From IMG/VR virus record IMGVR_UViG_2660238548_000027, positions 1 to 20,335 of that record: DNA of 20,335 bases; one strand, given 5' to 3'. The notes under the pieces were generated by a model. It did no database searches. It saw only the letters and a list, made by a program, of their open reading frames with translations, and was not told where the DNA came from. Within the stretch, counting starts at the first letter, position 1. Each line of letters begins with the position of its first letter. Shown here piece after piece: positions 1 to 10,250 of the stretch. This DNA comes from a virus. Taxonomy: Duplodnaviria > Heunggongvirae > Uroviricota > Caudoviricetes. The translations under genes were made by a program, and so were the position numbers.

Positions 1-68
1 GCCCTGACTTTCCAGAACCATACGAACTGCCCGTTGACGGACCTCGGGGGAAAAACGTGTATTTTTAG
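1..68 (+). CDS. 3' end of an upstream virion structural gene (partial, start outside window)
   Basis: Frame 3 is open from the window edge to TAG at 66-68, immediately upstream of the large tail gene. No further support. Confidence 0.3.
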   Translation, partial: PDFPEPYELPVDGPRGKNVYF

Positions 69-170
69 TCATCCTGTTTACCTCTTTCTCAGGGAGTTTA
101 GTCTCCAGGATTCCCGGGGCGGTTCATTGCCGGTGGTGAGATTGGACCGTCGTTGTACGGTCGTATCGAC

Positions 171-2570
171 ATGGCGAAGTACCAGGTGGCATTGCGCAAG
201 TGCGATAACTTTATCGTGCGGCAGTATGGCGGCGTTGAGAATCGACCTGGTACGCGTTTTGTCGGTGCCGCCAAATACTCAAATCGGAAATGCCGCCTGA
301 TCCCGTTCCAGTTCTCGACGGTTCAGACTTATGCTCTGGAGTTCGGACACCAGTACATGCGCGTTATCAAAGATGGTGCGTTGGTGCTGAACAGCAGCAA
401 TGTTATTTATGAAATTGCCACGCCATATACTGAAGCCGATCTGTTCCGAATTAAATTCACGCAAAGCGCTGACGTGCTTACGCTGGTTCACCCGGCATAC
501 CCGCCGAAAGAGTTGCGGCGCTATGCGCATGACAACTGGCAACTTGTTGATGTGGTAACGAAGAACGGGCCATTTGAAGATATCAATATTGACGAGTCAG
601 TGACGGTTTATGCCAGCGCCAGCACCGGGACAATTACGTTAACGGCAAACGCCTCTATTTTTGGCGCGGAACAGGTAGGCAAATTGTTCTATCTGGAACA
701 GCCAGCAGTGGATTCAGTACCGGTATGGGAAACCAGTAAGAGTACGTCGATTGGCGATATTCGCCGTGCAGACAGTAACTACTATCGCGCTGTTACGGCA
801 GGTAAAACAGGCACTTTGCGCCCTTCGCATACAGAAGGCACATCATGGGATGGCTGGGGCGGATCCGGAGATGATGATACTGGCATTGAGTGGGAATATC
901 TGCACAGTGGTTTTGGCATTGCCCGTATCACTGCTGCAAATGGAACTACTGCAACTGCCGAGGTGATTTCCTATATCCCTTCTCAGGTAGTTGGCGAGGA
1001 TAATGCTAGCTATAAATGGGCTAAATATGCCTGGAACAGTGTTAATGGTTATCCTGGCACTGTTGTTTATTATCAACAACGTCTTTACTTCGCCGCATCT
1101 ACTGCGTTCCCTCAGACTATCTGGGCCAGCCGTACTGGGGATTATAAGGATTTTGGCAAAAGCAATCCTACGCAGGATGACGACAGAATTATCTACACCT
1201 ATGCCGGGCGTCAGGTTAATGAGATCCGCCACCTGATTGATGTCGGTTCGCTGGTGGCACTGACTTCCGGAGGTGAGTACGTCATCACCGGCGACCAGAA
1301 CAAAGTGTTAACCCCATCATCATTTGCATTCAGCTCTCAAGGATCAAATGGCTCAAGCAACGTCCCGCCAATTGCCGTGGCGAATATTGCTCTGTTCGTC
1401 CAGGAGAAAGGCAGCGTTGTCCGTGATCTGGCCTACTCATTCGATGTTGACGGCTATCAGGGGAACGACCTGACCATCCTTGCCAATCATCTTTTTCAGA
1501 AGCACAGCATTGTTGACTGGTGCTTCTCGATAGTCCCTTACTCCAGCGCCTTCTGCATTCGTGATGACGGTAAATTACTGGTGATGACCTATTTGCGTGA
1601 TCAACGGGTTTTTGCATGGGCACCACAGTCCAGTACCGGAAAATATGAAAGCACATGCAGTATCAGCGAAGGCAATGAAGATGCGGTGTATTTCGTCATT
1701 AACCGAACCGTTAACGGGCAAACAGTGAGATACATCGAGCGACTGTCCAGCCGTTTATTTACCAGCGATGAAGATGCTTTCTTTGTTGATTCTGGCCTTA
1801 GCTATGATGGAAGAAATACGTCTGACAGAACGATGACCATCACTGGTGGTTCTGGCGAATGGGATTACCGCGCGGAATATACAATCAGTGTTTCTGGTGG
1901 TGCGTACTTCACCAGTAGTGATGTCGGCGCGCAACTACAGTTCCCTTATACCGGAACTGATCCTGATACTGGCGATGAGGTGTCAAAAGAATTACGTTGC
2001 GACATTATTTCTGTAACCAGCAATACCGCTGTAGTGGTTCGTGCTAACAGGAACGTCCCGCCATCCCTCAGGAATGTGGCCACCACGAACTGGCAGATGG
2101 CGCGCCGGACATTTGGAGGCCTGTCTCATCTTGAAGGCCAGACCGTAAACATTCTCTCTGATGCGAACGTGGAACCACAGAAAGTGGTTTCCGGAGGTGC
2201 CGTCACGCTGGAATCTCCGGGGGCTGTAGTGCACATCGGCCTGCCAATAACTGCTGAATTCGAAACACTGGATATCAACATTAACGGACAGGAAACGCTG
2301 CTGGACAAAAAACAGGTGATCCCCTCCGTTACTCTGGTTGTGAATGCCAGTCGCGGCATCTGGGCGACTACGCCCGGCGGTAAATGGTACGAATATCCAC
2401 AGCGTGAATTCGAGTTCTACGATGATCCTGTTGATGATGCTACCGGAAAAGTAGAAGTGAAACTGGACAGTAACTGGGGCAAAAACGGACGTGTAAAAAT
2501 CCGTCAGCTTGATCCGTTGCCGCTGTCTGTTCTTGCCGTTATTCCTCGCCTTACTGTTGGGGGATTCTGA
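171..2570 (+). CDS. Large virion tail structural protein (about 800 aa), possibly tail tube/nozzle type
   Basis: Long ORF (track 153..2570; 153 is TTG, first ATG is 171). Its stop overlaps the next start (ATGA at 2567-2572). Heads an operon of ejection proteins. Family not recognised from sequence. Confidence 0.6.
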   Translation: MAKYQVALRKCDNFIVRQYGGVENRPGTRFVGAAKYSNRKCRLIPFQFSTVQTYALEFGHQYMRVIKDGALVLNSSNVIYEIATPYTEADLFRIKFTQSADVLTLVHPAYPPKELRRYAHDNWQLVDVVTKNGPFEDINIDESVTVYASASTGTITLTANASIFGAEQVGKLFYLEQPAVDSVPVWETSKSTSIGDIRRADSNYYRAVTAGKTGTLRPSHTEGTSWDGWGGSGDDDTGIEWEYLHSGFGIARITAANGTTATAEVISYIPSQVVGEDNASYKWAKYAWNSVNGYPGTVVYYQQRLYFAASTAFPQTIWASRTGDYKDFGKSNPTQDDDRIIYTYAGRQVNEIRHLIDVGSLVALTSGGEYVITGDQNKVLTPSSFAFSSQGSNGSSNVPPIAVANIALFVQEKGSVVRDLAYSFDVDGYQGNDLTILANHLFQKHSIVDWCFSIVPYSSAFCIRDDGKLLVMTYLRDQRVFAWAPQSSTGKYESTCSISEGNEDAVYFVINRTVNGQTVRYIERLSSRLFTSDEDAFFVDSGLSYDGRNTSDRTMTITGGSGEWDYRAEYTISVSGGAYFTSSDVGAQLQFPYTGTDPDTGDEVSKELRCDIISVTSNTAVVVRANRNVPPSLRNVATTNWQMARRTFGGLSHLEGQTVNILSDANVEPQKVVSGGAVTLESPGAVVHIGLPITAEFETLDININGQETLLDKKQVIPSVTLVVNASRGIWATTPGGKWYEYPQREFEFYDDPVDDATGKVEVKLDSNWGKNGRVKIRQLDPLPLSVLAVIPRLTVGGF

Positions 2571-3034
2571 TGATCGATGTTCAAATTATTCCCGCAACCG
2601 AAGAGCATCTTCAGATGATTTTGCCGGATGTTCGTCAGGCTGATATTGACGAACTGTATGCGGTATCACTGATGACTACCGAAGATGCGCTGCGTGTTGG
2701 TCTGCGTACTGCGACTATGGCCTGGTCAGGATTTGCGAACGGAGAACTGGTAACCATGTTTGGCGTATCTCCGGCGTCAATGATCGGTGGCAATGGTACG
2801 CCCTGGCTGGTCGGAACCAGCCGTATCGAAAAATATCAGAAGACATTTCTTCGCCACTGCCGCCCTGTATTGCAGCAGATGCTGGCAGTTTATCCGCGCC
2901 TGGAAAACTATGTCGACGAGCGAAACCATGTTGCCAAAGCATGGCTGCACTGGCTTGGATTCAGGCTTGAAGAAGCCGCGCCTTATGGTGCTCTTGGTCT
3001 TAATTTCCACAGATTTCACATGGAGAGAAAATAA
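2570..3034 (+). CDS. Small virion/assembly protein, 154 aa
   Basis: ORF coupled by start/stop overlap on both sides (ATGA at 2570, TAATG at 3032-3036). No TM segment. Confidence 0.55.
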   Translation: MIDVQIIPATEEHLQMILPDVRQADIDELYAVSLMTTEDALRVGLRTATMAWSGFANGELVTMFGVSPASMIGGNGTPWLVGTSRIEKYQKTFLRHCRPVLQQMLAVYPRLENYVDERNHVAKAWLHWLGFRLEEAAPYGALGLNFHRFHMERK

Positions 3035-3579
3035 TGTGCGATCCGGTTATTGCTGGTGGCGCAATGCTCGCCATGAGTGGCATTCAGGCATACACCCAGT
3101 ACCAACAGGGAAAGTATGCCTCGAAGGTTGCAGAAGCGAACGCAGATATAGCCACAGCTCAGGCAAATGATGCAATAAACAGAGGTAACGCTGAAGCTGA
3201 GCAACGGCGCAGAGAGACCCGACAGCGGCTTGGTACACAGGCGGCGACAATGGGGGCGACCGGCGCTGATTTATCTACAGGTAACGCGCTGGATATATTT
3301 GGCGACACTGCCCAGTTTGGCGCTCTTGATTCTCTGACGACGGTGAATAACGCGCAACGCGAGGCTTACGGTTATCAGGTTCAGGCTGCCAACTATAAAG
3401 CAGAAGCCAGTTCAGCCCGTAAACAGGGGAATGTGGGAGCAGCAACAACATTGCTCACTGCGCCTCTGAAGGCATACGGTGCGTACCAGATGTTTGGTGG
3501 GACGTGGAGTCCGTTTACTCAAAGCACTCCTGCGCCAATCGGGGCAGCAGCAGGAACCAGATTACCCGGAGGATTATAA
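3034..3579 (+). CDS. Internal virion (ejection) protein, 181 aa, T7 gp14-like by pattern
   Basis: SD GGAGAG upstream; N-terminus MC + hydrophobic stretch then Ala/Gln-rich coiled region; position directly before the large internal virion proteins. Confidence 0.55.
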   Translation: MCDPVIAGGAMLAMSGIQAYTQYQQGKYASKVAEANADIATAQANDAINRGNAEAEQRRRETRQRLGTQAATMGATGADLSTGNALDIFGDTAQFGALDSLTTVNNAQREAYGYQVQAANYKAEASSARKQGNVGAATTLLTAPLKAYGAYQMFGGTWSPFTQSTPAPIGAAAGTRLPGGL

Positions 3580-6287
3580 TGCCAGTCGTACCAACAGTAT
3601 CCGGACGCCAGGTGCAAAGTCGTGGTGTGCAAACCGGTGGTTTTCAGACCTTCGATGTTCCTCAAGCAGGTCAGGTGCTGGCGAATGTCGCAGATCAGTA
3701 TGCGGTGGCATATGGTGAAGCCAGGAAGAAAGCGAATGTTGCATTGTCTCAGGATGCCATCCTTCAGCTTAATCAGCGCAGCAATGAACGTCTTTATAAC
3801 CCTCAAACCGGTTTTTATGCACAACAAGGCAAAAATGCGATTGGTAAGGGGCAAGAGTACATATCTGGATTTGATCAGGATGTGGAAGAAATAGCTGCTT
3901 CATTGACTGATGAAGCAGCAAGAAATATGTTTTTGCAACAAGCCAGAACACAGAAAATTCAGTTCAGTACTGGAGTTCTCAGACATGAGATAGGGCAGAC
4001 AAATGCCTATGAAGATGAGCAATATCAGGCAACGAGAAAATTATGGATACAAAATGAAGCGGATGCCTGGAATGACCCGCAAACTGCCACTTTAGCCAGA
4101 AATTCCAGAATGGTAGCCATTGCTAGATATGGAGCTGCCAGGGGATGGTCACAAGAACGCATTCTGGAAGAAATAGAAAGTGATGATCGCCGTGCCACAG
4201 AAATGCGGGCGAAGAATTATGCCGCTGCCAATCCAGAAGGATGGCTAAATGGTCTGTTTCAGAAAAATGATTCTGGAGGCATGGACATGCGTGCCATACG
4301 CCTTGTTGAATCAGGTGATCGACATTTTAATCCTGATGGTAGTCTTCTTGAAGGACCGATAACATCTTCTGGAGAGAGAGCCCAGGGGAAATACCAGTTA
4401 ATGCCGGGCACAGGGAAAGAACTGGCGGCCAAGCGTGGCGTTAAATACAACCCTACGGACGAACAACAGCATGAAATGCTCGCCAGTGACTATGTAAATC
4501 AACTGTATGGTAAGTACGGCTCCGAAATATTGACCGGAGCAGCATATAACTGGGGGATGGGTAACGTGGATAAACTGATCGCCAAAGTCGGTGATCCACG
4601 TAAAGGTGAAATATCAGAAGAAGAATTTATCCGAAATCTTCCATCAGAAACACAAGGGTGGCTTTCCCGATATAGAAAAAATAAAACTGGAATGGATCCG
4701 CTGACTATTTATCAAATAGATAACCTTGCTAATAGTCAGATAGAAAAGCAAAGGAAGTTAATATTAGAACAGCTTGAGCCAGCTATTAATAACACCATGG
4801 CCCAGCTATATAACGGTGAGGTTCCAGATTATATACCGGCTCAGGAGACTATCATCAGGGGGTATGGAAAAAATGCAGATAAAATAATCAATCAACTGGA
4901 TATAGCGATTGATAACGCGAGAATATTCCAGGCAATTCAGTATTTACCTCCTTCTCAGCAGCAAGAAGAAATGCAGAAAGTGAAGCCTGAGGTTAACGAT
5001 CCTCACTATGCGTTAAAACTCGATGCTTACGGAAAATTGTCTGCATTGCTTCAGCGATCAAATGAAGCAATTCAGGCGCAACGTGATTCACGCAGATTCA
5101 ATGAGGCGCTGACAATAGGTGAAAAATTAGACCCAAGCAACAAATCAATGCAGAAAGCTGCTGATTACACAGAAATGGCGCAGAACTTTCGTATTAATGA
5201 TGCCTCCACTCATGATGGGGTTGTTCGGCTTGTGGCTCAGACTGGCATCATGCCTTCGCAGGTCATCACGCAGCTTTCAGCAGTATCCAGATCCAGCAAT
5301 CAGGAAGTGGTTAAAAATGCAGCGAATTTGTTTAGTCGGTTATATGAAACAGACAATGCATCTATTGGAAATATGCCGAAGGATATGCAGGGTTTTTATC
5401 TGACTGTTAAGCAACTAACTGATGCAGGGATGTCTTCAGATGCTGCTATTGTGGAAGCGCAGAGTAAGACATACAACCAGACAGATGCACTAAGGGCGCA
5501 GCTCTCATCTGTTCAGAGTACAAGAGAATACAAAAAAGAGCGTGACAGCGCAGCCAATTCTGCTGTCAGTAATATGGCTCACTGGCTTCGCTGGGATCCG
5601 TCTGCGGATGACCAGACGCCGGAAGCAGCGCTCTTTCGCAATGACTATCAGATGCTCTATGACGTTAACTATCGCCTTGCTGGTGGTAACGCTGACGTAG
5701 CGAAGCAAATGACCAACCAGCAGATAGCTCGCACCTGGAGTATCAGCGAGGTCAACGGGGAAGCACAGTTTATGAAATATGCACCGGAGGCGCTTTATCA
5801 ATATGGGCCGTCAGGCTGGATTGCAGCGCAATGGAAGGCTGAAAAAGAAAAAATCATGTATGGCGATGACTTGCATAAACTGTCTCCTTCATTTAACCGA
5901 CCTTCAACTGAGGCTGGTGCATTGGGACTGAATACGCCACGCTCACTGGTTGGAGGTGAGTTGATTCTTGTTCCTGATTTATCAACTCCGAGAGATAAGC
6001 TTTATTCAGTTGTGATCAGAACAAAAGATAAAGATGGTATTACGAGGGATGATTTATTTTATGACAAGCATGGAAGACAGATGCGCTGGGGGCCATCACT
6101 AGAAGATTGGGAACCTTATAAGAAAATGCAGCAGGAACGGGAGCAGCACGAGCAGGAAGAAATTATGCGTGGACAGGCTATACAAAACTTCAAAGACAAG
6201 CATCGTGCTCTGGATGAGCAGTATCAGCGCCTGCATAACGAACGTATGGACAAATTTAAAGATTACTTTTCGTGGGGATCTAAATAA
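3579..6287 (+). CDS. Internal virion protein with lytic transglycosylase (SLT) domain, 902 aa
   Basis: SD GGAGGA 7 nt upstream of ATG 3579 (track ORF begins at 3504 inside the previous gene; start reassigned). SLT motifs present: RLVESGDRHFNPD (catalytic Glu-Ser), GKYQLMPGTG, AAYNWGMGNV. Confidence 0.8.
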   Translation: MPVVPTVSGRQVQSRGVQTGGFQTFDVPQAGQVLANVADQYAVAYGEARKKANVALSQDAILQLNQRSNERLYNPQTGFYAQQGKNAIGKGQEYISGFDQDVEEIAASLTDEAARNMFLQQARTQKIQFSTGVLRHEIGQTNAYEDEQYQATRKLWIQNEADAWNDPQTATLARNSRMVAIARYGAARGWSQERILEEIESDDRRATEMRAKNYAAANPEGWLNGLFQKNDSGGMDMRAIRLVESGDRHFNPDGSLLEGPITSSGERAQGKYQLMPGTGKELAAKRGVKYNPTDEQQHEMLASDYVNQLYGKYGSEILTGAAYNWGMGNVDKLIAKVGDPRKGEISEEEFIRNLPSETQGWLSRYRKNKTGMDPLTIYQIDNLANSQIEKQRKLILEQLEPAINNTMAQLYNGEVPDYIPAQETIIRGYGKNADKIINQLDIAIDNARIFQAIQYLPPSQQQEEMQKVKPEVNDPHYALKLDAYGKLSALLQRSNEAIQAQRDSRRFNEALTIGEKLDPSNKSMQKAADYTEMAQNFRINDASTHDGVVRLVAQTGIMPSQVITQLSAVSRSSNQEVVKNAANLFSRLYETDNASIGNMPKDMQGFYLTVKQLTDAGMSSDAAIVEAQSKTYNQTDALRAQLSSVQSTREYKKERDSAANSAVSNMAHWLRWDPSADDQTPEAALFRNDYQMLYDVNYRLAGGNADVAKQMTNQQIARTWSISEVNGEAQFMKYAPEALYQYGPSGWIAAQWKAEKEKIMYGDDLHKLSPSFNRPSTEAGALGLNTPRSLVGGELILVPDLSTPRDKLYSVVIRTKDKDGITRDDLFYDKHGRQMRWGPSLEDWEPYKKMQQEREQHEQEEIMRGQAIQNFKDKHRALDEQYQRLHNERMDKFKDYFSWGSK

Positions 6288-9200
6288 TGCCGTTCTATCC
6301 TGTATCTGAATCAAACAATAACGGATTTATTTCTGCTGGTCTCGCCATTCCTGAACCTGATGAACAGAGTTTTGATGTGCATCCGCCAGAAGGTAAGAAC
6401 CCTGAGCCTCGCCCAAAAGAGCCTTCATTGCTTGCCGCAGCAATACGACAGAACAATATTCTGGCTGGTTTTTTCCGTCCTGCCAGACAGTTTGAACCGG
6501 TCGAAGGTTATAACCCATATGCTGATAAAAATGAGTTGCACGGCTATGAATACTGGGGGGCGAAATTTGCAGGTTCCCGCTCGCCAGAAGAAACAGCGTG
6601 GATTAAGCAGCAGATAGATGATGAAAATGAAGATCGGCGTTTTATCTCTGAAGCAGGCTTGGCTGGTGGAATAGCCAGTGCAACAGCGATGCTTTTTGAC
6701 CCGGTTACTGTTGCGTCAATGTTTATCCCTGGTGCTCAAGGAGGGGCACTGGCGCGTATTGGCTCACAGATTGCGATTGGTGCTGCCGGTACTGCATTAA
6801 GCGAGGTTGTACTGAATAATCAGCAAATAACACGCTCATGGGGTGAAAGTGCCGCTCACGTTGCAGCGGGTGCGATGATGAGCGGCGTGTTTGCCAGTGC
6901 TGGTGTTGCGCTTTCGCCATCCGTCCGGGCTGCAGCCACACGTGAGGTTGCTGATGCTCTTGATAATATGAGCATTACATCAGCGACTGACAGGGCTGCC
7001 GCTTCGCTTTCCGATGGTGGTAGTGTTGGTGCTATGAAAATTGATACAGCGACTCTGGATGATTTAACCCCTGTTTCTGGTGGGGTGGTTGGAAAGGCTG
7101 CATGGAAAGCAGGGAGCTATCTTACTCCTTTGACAAGGTTAATGGAGTCTCCGTCCAAGACGGTGCGAAAAACAACGCTGGAGTTAGCCGAAAATAATTT
7201 CACCCTTAAAGGAAATGAAAGGGGGATTGAAACACCGGTAGCTGTAGAAACCCGTACACGTGGATGGCAGCGTGAAGAAGCTGCTGTTGTTGTCGGAAAT
7301 AAACAGGCATACGCAAAGTATAAAGCTGATGGTGGTGACATGAGTTTTGATTCATTTCGTCAGCAGGTTGGGAATGCTATGCGAAGCGGTGATGTGCATG
7401 CTAATCCTGTTGTTCAGGAAACGGCGCAGGCGATGCGAACTGTATTAAATCGGGTGAAAGTTGAAATGCAAAAGCTTGGTTTATTGCCGCCAGATGAAGA
7501 ACTGAAAGCATTAGGCCAGGCAAGCTATTTCCCACGCATATATAAAGTTGGAAAAATAATCAGTGAACGCGATAAATTTCGACGTATTTTGGTTGACTGG
7601 TGGTCGAGAGGAAATAAAACACTGGATCCTGAGGATGCTGAAATTGCAGCGGATATCGTAATTAATAAAATTACTGGTGCTAAGGTTCCACAGGATTTTG
7701 TCAGCGTATTTTCTGTAAAAGCCGCAGGTAGTACGAAAGAAAGAACATTAAATGTTCCTGATAGTCTTATCAGGGATTATCTTGAAAGTGATGTGAATTA
7801 CGTGCTGCAACGTCATATCCGTGAAGCGGCAGCAGAAATTGAGTTGACGAGAACATTTGGCAAACGAACTATGACTGAGCGTCTGCAATTAATTGAGGAC
7901 GAATATGACAGTCTGTTACGGGAAGTGCCTGAAAAAATAAAGGCGAAATATGACGAAAGTGTGGCAAATCTGAAAGCACGTTATGAGAGCAATGGTGAAG
8001 TTGTTCCTCAGGGTAAACTCGATTCATTAATGCGAAAGTACGAAAAGGAATTACGGAAAGAACAGTCCAGACTTTCAAAATCAAGAGCAAATGATCTCAG
8101 AGACATAACAGCATTACGCGATCGTCTTGTTGGTACATATGGTATGCCTGATGATCCGTCTTCGTTTTTTGTTCGTGCTGGCGCTTTTCTGCGGGATGTG
8201 AACTTCACGACCAAACTCGGTGGAATGACAGTATCAGCTATTCCAGATCTGGCCAGAGGGGTTATGGTTAATGGTTTCCGTAACACCATGAAAGGCTATG
8301 CTTCTCAGATATCCCAATCACCGGCATTTAAGGCCAGCAAAGAAGAGATGTTGAAGATGGGGATTGGATTGGAAGCTGTACTACATTCACGTTCTCGTGC
8401 AATTGGTGATCTTGTTGACAGTTCTTCCAGGACAACAGCAGTCGAAGCAGGAATGGAGCGAATTACTGATGCCTTCGGCAAGCTGACACTCATGGATCGA
8501 TTTAATGACATAAACAAATCCATGAACGGAATGCTCACGTCAGACGGTATTTTGTCTGGTGCGTTTTCTGCACGTCGCATGGCAAAACTCGGTATCAACG
8601 ACAATATGGCTGCGCGTATTCGCAGTGAGTTCGAGAAACATGGTGAGGTAATTGATGGATGGCACATTGGTAACTTTGATAAATGGGACGATCAGTACGT
8701 TGCCGGAGTATTCCAGTCAGCGGTTCTGAAAGACGTTAATAACACTATCATCACCCCCGGTATTGGTGACACACCTTTATGGGCGAGTACTCCAATGGGG
8801 CGAACGATATTTCAGTTTAAATCATTCACAACGGCTTCATACAACCGTGCGCTACTTGGTGGGTTACAGGAAGGAACTGCGCAATTTTATTATGGCACTG
8901 CATTTCAGATTGCTCTTGGCTCACTGGTCTATGCGCTAAAAGAAGCATCGAAAGGGAAAAATGTTGACTGGTCACCAGAGAAGCTGGTGCTTGAGGGTAT
9001 AGATAGATCCGGTATTCTTGGGCCATTGATGGAATATAACAACATGGCTGAAAAGGCTACTGGTGGTGCTGTTGGGCTGGGGGCTTTATTTGGCACTGGC
9101 ACACAGTCTAGGTATGCCAGTCGTGGATTCGTAGGATCTCTATTCGGACCGTCATTTGGTCTTGCGGATAGCATCATTGATGTGACCGCAGGAGTGTTGA

Positions 9201-9310
9201 ATGGTGATGCCGGTGATCGTATTGTGCATAATGTCCGAACCCTGATACCCGGCAATAACCTGTTCTGGATTGCGCCACTAATAAACCAGGTGGATCCGGT
9301 GATGAAGTAA
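6287..9310 (+). CDS. Large internal virion/ejection protein, 1007 aa
   Basis: Start overlaps previous stop (TAATG at 6285-6289); Ala/Gly-rich hydrophobic segments near residues 120-210 consistent with a membrane-interacting ejection protein. Confidence 0.6.
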   Translation: MPFYPVSESNNNGFISAGLAIPEPDEQSFDVHPPEGKNPEPRPKEPSLLAAAIRQNNILAGFFRPARQFEPVEGYNPYADKNELHGYEYWGAKFAGSRSPEETAWIKQQIDDENEDRRFISEAGLAGGIASATAMLFDPVTVASMFIPGAQGGALARIGSQIAIGAAGTALSEVVLNNQQITRSWGESAAHVAAGAMMSGVFASAGVALSPSVRAAATREVADALDNMSITSATDRAAASLSDGGSVGAMKIDTATLDDLTPVSGGVVGKAAWKAGSYLTPLTRLMESPSKTVRKTTLELAENNFTLKGNERGIETPVAVETRTRGWQREEAAVVVGNKQAYAKYKADGGDMSFDSFRQQVGNAMRSGDVHANPVVQETAQAMRTVLNRVKVEMQKLGLLPPDEELKALGQASYFPRIYKVGKIISERDKFRRILVDWWSRGNKTLDPEDAEIAADIVINKITGAKVPQDFVSVFSVKAAGSTKERTLNVPDSLIRDYLESDVNYVLQRHIREAAAEIELTRTFGKRTMTERLQLIEDEYDSLLREVPEKIKAKYDESVANLKARYESNGEVVPQGKLDSLMRKYEKELRKEQSRLSKSRANDLRDITALRDRLVGTYGMPDDPSSFFVRAGAFLRDVNFTTKLGGMTVSAIPDLARGVMVNGFRNTMKGYASQISQSPAFKASKEEMLKMGIGLEAVLHSRSRAIGDLVDSSSRTTAVEAGMERITDAFGKLTLMDRFNDINKSMNGMLTSDGILSGAFSARRMAKLGINDNMAARIRSEFEKHGEVIDGWHIGNFDKWDDQYVAGVFQSAVLKDVNNTIITPGIGDTPLWASTPMGRTIFQFKSFTTASYNRALLGGLQEGTAQFYYGTAFQIALGSLVYALKEASKGKNVDWSPEKLVLEGIDRSGILGPLMEYNNMAEKATGGAVGLGALFGTGTQSRYASRGFVGSLFGPSFGLADSIIDVTAGVLNGDAGDRIVHNVRTLIPGNNLFWIAPLINQVDPVMK

Positions 9311-9328
9311 TTTTATAGAGGTGCTTAT

Positions 9329-9493
9329 ATGGATATTAAAGAGTTTAGTGAGTTAGAGAGACGCTATGAGCAAGCTAAAACGAACCGAGCTATAGGGGCA
9401 TTTATTGGCGGCGGTGGGGTATTTGCTCTGTTAGCCGATTTTTTATGGGATGTTGCGAACCCAATATCAATAGGGGTATTAATAGGCGGCTGA
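9329..9493 (+). CDS. Small hydrophobic protein, 54 aa (not in ORF track because <60 aa)
   Basis: SD AGAGGTG at 9317-9323, ATG 9329, stop TGA 9491-9493; Gly-rich hydrophobic segment AIGAFIGGGGVFALLADFLW. Confidence 0.3.
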   Translation: MDIKEFSELERRYEQAKTNRAIGAFIGGGGVFALLADFLWDVANPISIGVLIGG

Positions 9494-9625
9494 CTTGTTT
9501 TTTTTGCTGTATGCCACGAACAGGTTCGAAGTTCATTAAGAAAGTTGGATGAAGAATGTTATTTGAAGTATGGCAAGTCTTACTCTCAATCATTCCATGA
9601 AATTTTTAAAGACAAATATAATTAG

Positions 9626-9973
9626 TTAGTGGCGGGAGAAATAGGACACACGGAAATAAGTTACCGTCATAATCAACCGTGTCGATATCGATACGGTTGA
9701 TGTTTCAATACTTTCGCGGATTTCAGGGCGGACTTTGTTAGGGCTGATGCTGTTCAACCAAGCTGCCAATTTTCGTAAAGCCATACAAATCATGGCTTGC
9801 ACCCCACCGGCAGAAGGTATGGTGATTTCCACCATACCCTTCGAGAAGCGTTGAGAAATCTTCTTATGTTGAGATTTCCAGTCTAGCCCCATTCCCTCAA
9901 CGATAGGTTTCATTGGGGTATATGGTTCGCCGTTGTGATTGACAACATAAAGCTCTGCGCCGTGGAATGGCAC
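9626..9973 (-). pseudogene. Probable remnant of an antirepressor-family gene (N-terminal DNA-binding-type domain only)
   Basis: Conserved-looking PFHGAELYVVNHNGEPY...IVEGMGLDW...GGVQAMICMALRKLAAWL, but no ATG (first start is GTG at 9973, frame open to 10033) and a low-complexity C-terminal tail, suggesting truncation. Confidence 0.4.
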
Positions 9974-10091
9974 GTTGATAATAGTGACAAATTTGAAACA
10001 TCGCTGGTTGTAAGCCAGCAGATGCTCGTTATTTTACGTCGCGGCACAATTTCTCGCTGCTGGCTCTTTTATACGCATTAACCAAATATGG

Positions 10092-10121
10092 TTGATTTTA
10101 ATATTTCTTAGCGCTTATCAT
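10092..10121 (+). promoter_or_regulatory. Candidate sigma70 promoter for leader RNA copy 1 (TTGATT-N18-TATCAT)
   Basis: -35 TTGATT 10092-10097, -10 TATCAT 10116-10121; copy 2 has TTGCAA-N17-TATATT at the equivalent position before the conserved TTACCTTTGCGG start. Confidence 0.35.
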
Positions 10122-10250
10122 TACCTTTGCGGTAAATTTACATCGCACTCCTCTTGTGCCATAGTAATCATGCACTGGCAAAATCCAGTGCCGGGATTGG
10201 TCTCCCGGATTACTAAGTGGCGCATACCACGCCAGACGTGGTTTTTTTTA
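10121..10250 (+). ncRNA. Structured leader/sRNA-like element, copy 1 (three-way junction plus terminator-like hairpin/T8)
   Basis: Outer stem TAGTAATC/GATTACTA (10162-10169/10208-10215) encloses hairpins CACTGG-CAAAAT-CCAGTG (10173-10190) and CCGGGA-TTGGTC-TCCCGG (10191-10208); then CCACG-CCAGA-CGTGG + T8 (10227-10249). Homologous copy on the minus strand at 13003-13135. Confidence 0.5.

Noticed and set aside
34-1656. Track ORFs 34..300(+), 279..542(-), 751..966(+), 843..1232(-), 991..1236(+), 1330..1656(-) overlapping the large tail gene
   Set aside because: All lie inside or antisense to the long 171-2570 reading frame and lack independent start signals; typical shadow ORFs.
3504-3578. Upstream extension of the 927-aa track ORF (start at 3504)
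   Set aside because: It overlaps the 3' end of the preceding gene; ATG 3579 has a good SD (GGAGGA) and the TAATG stop/start overlap, so the start was reassigned.
9402-9593. Track ORF 9402..9593(-), 63 aa
   Set aside because: AT-rich region, no SD, low-complexity product, and it overlaps the better-supported plus-strand small ORF.
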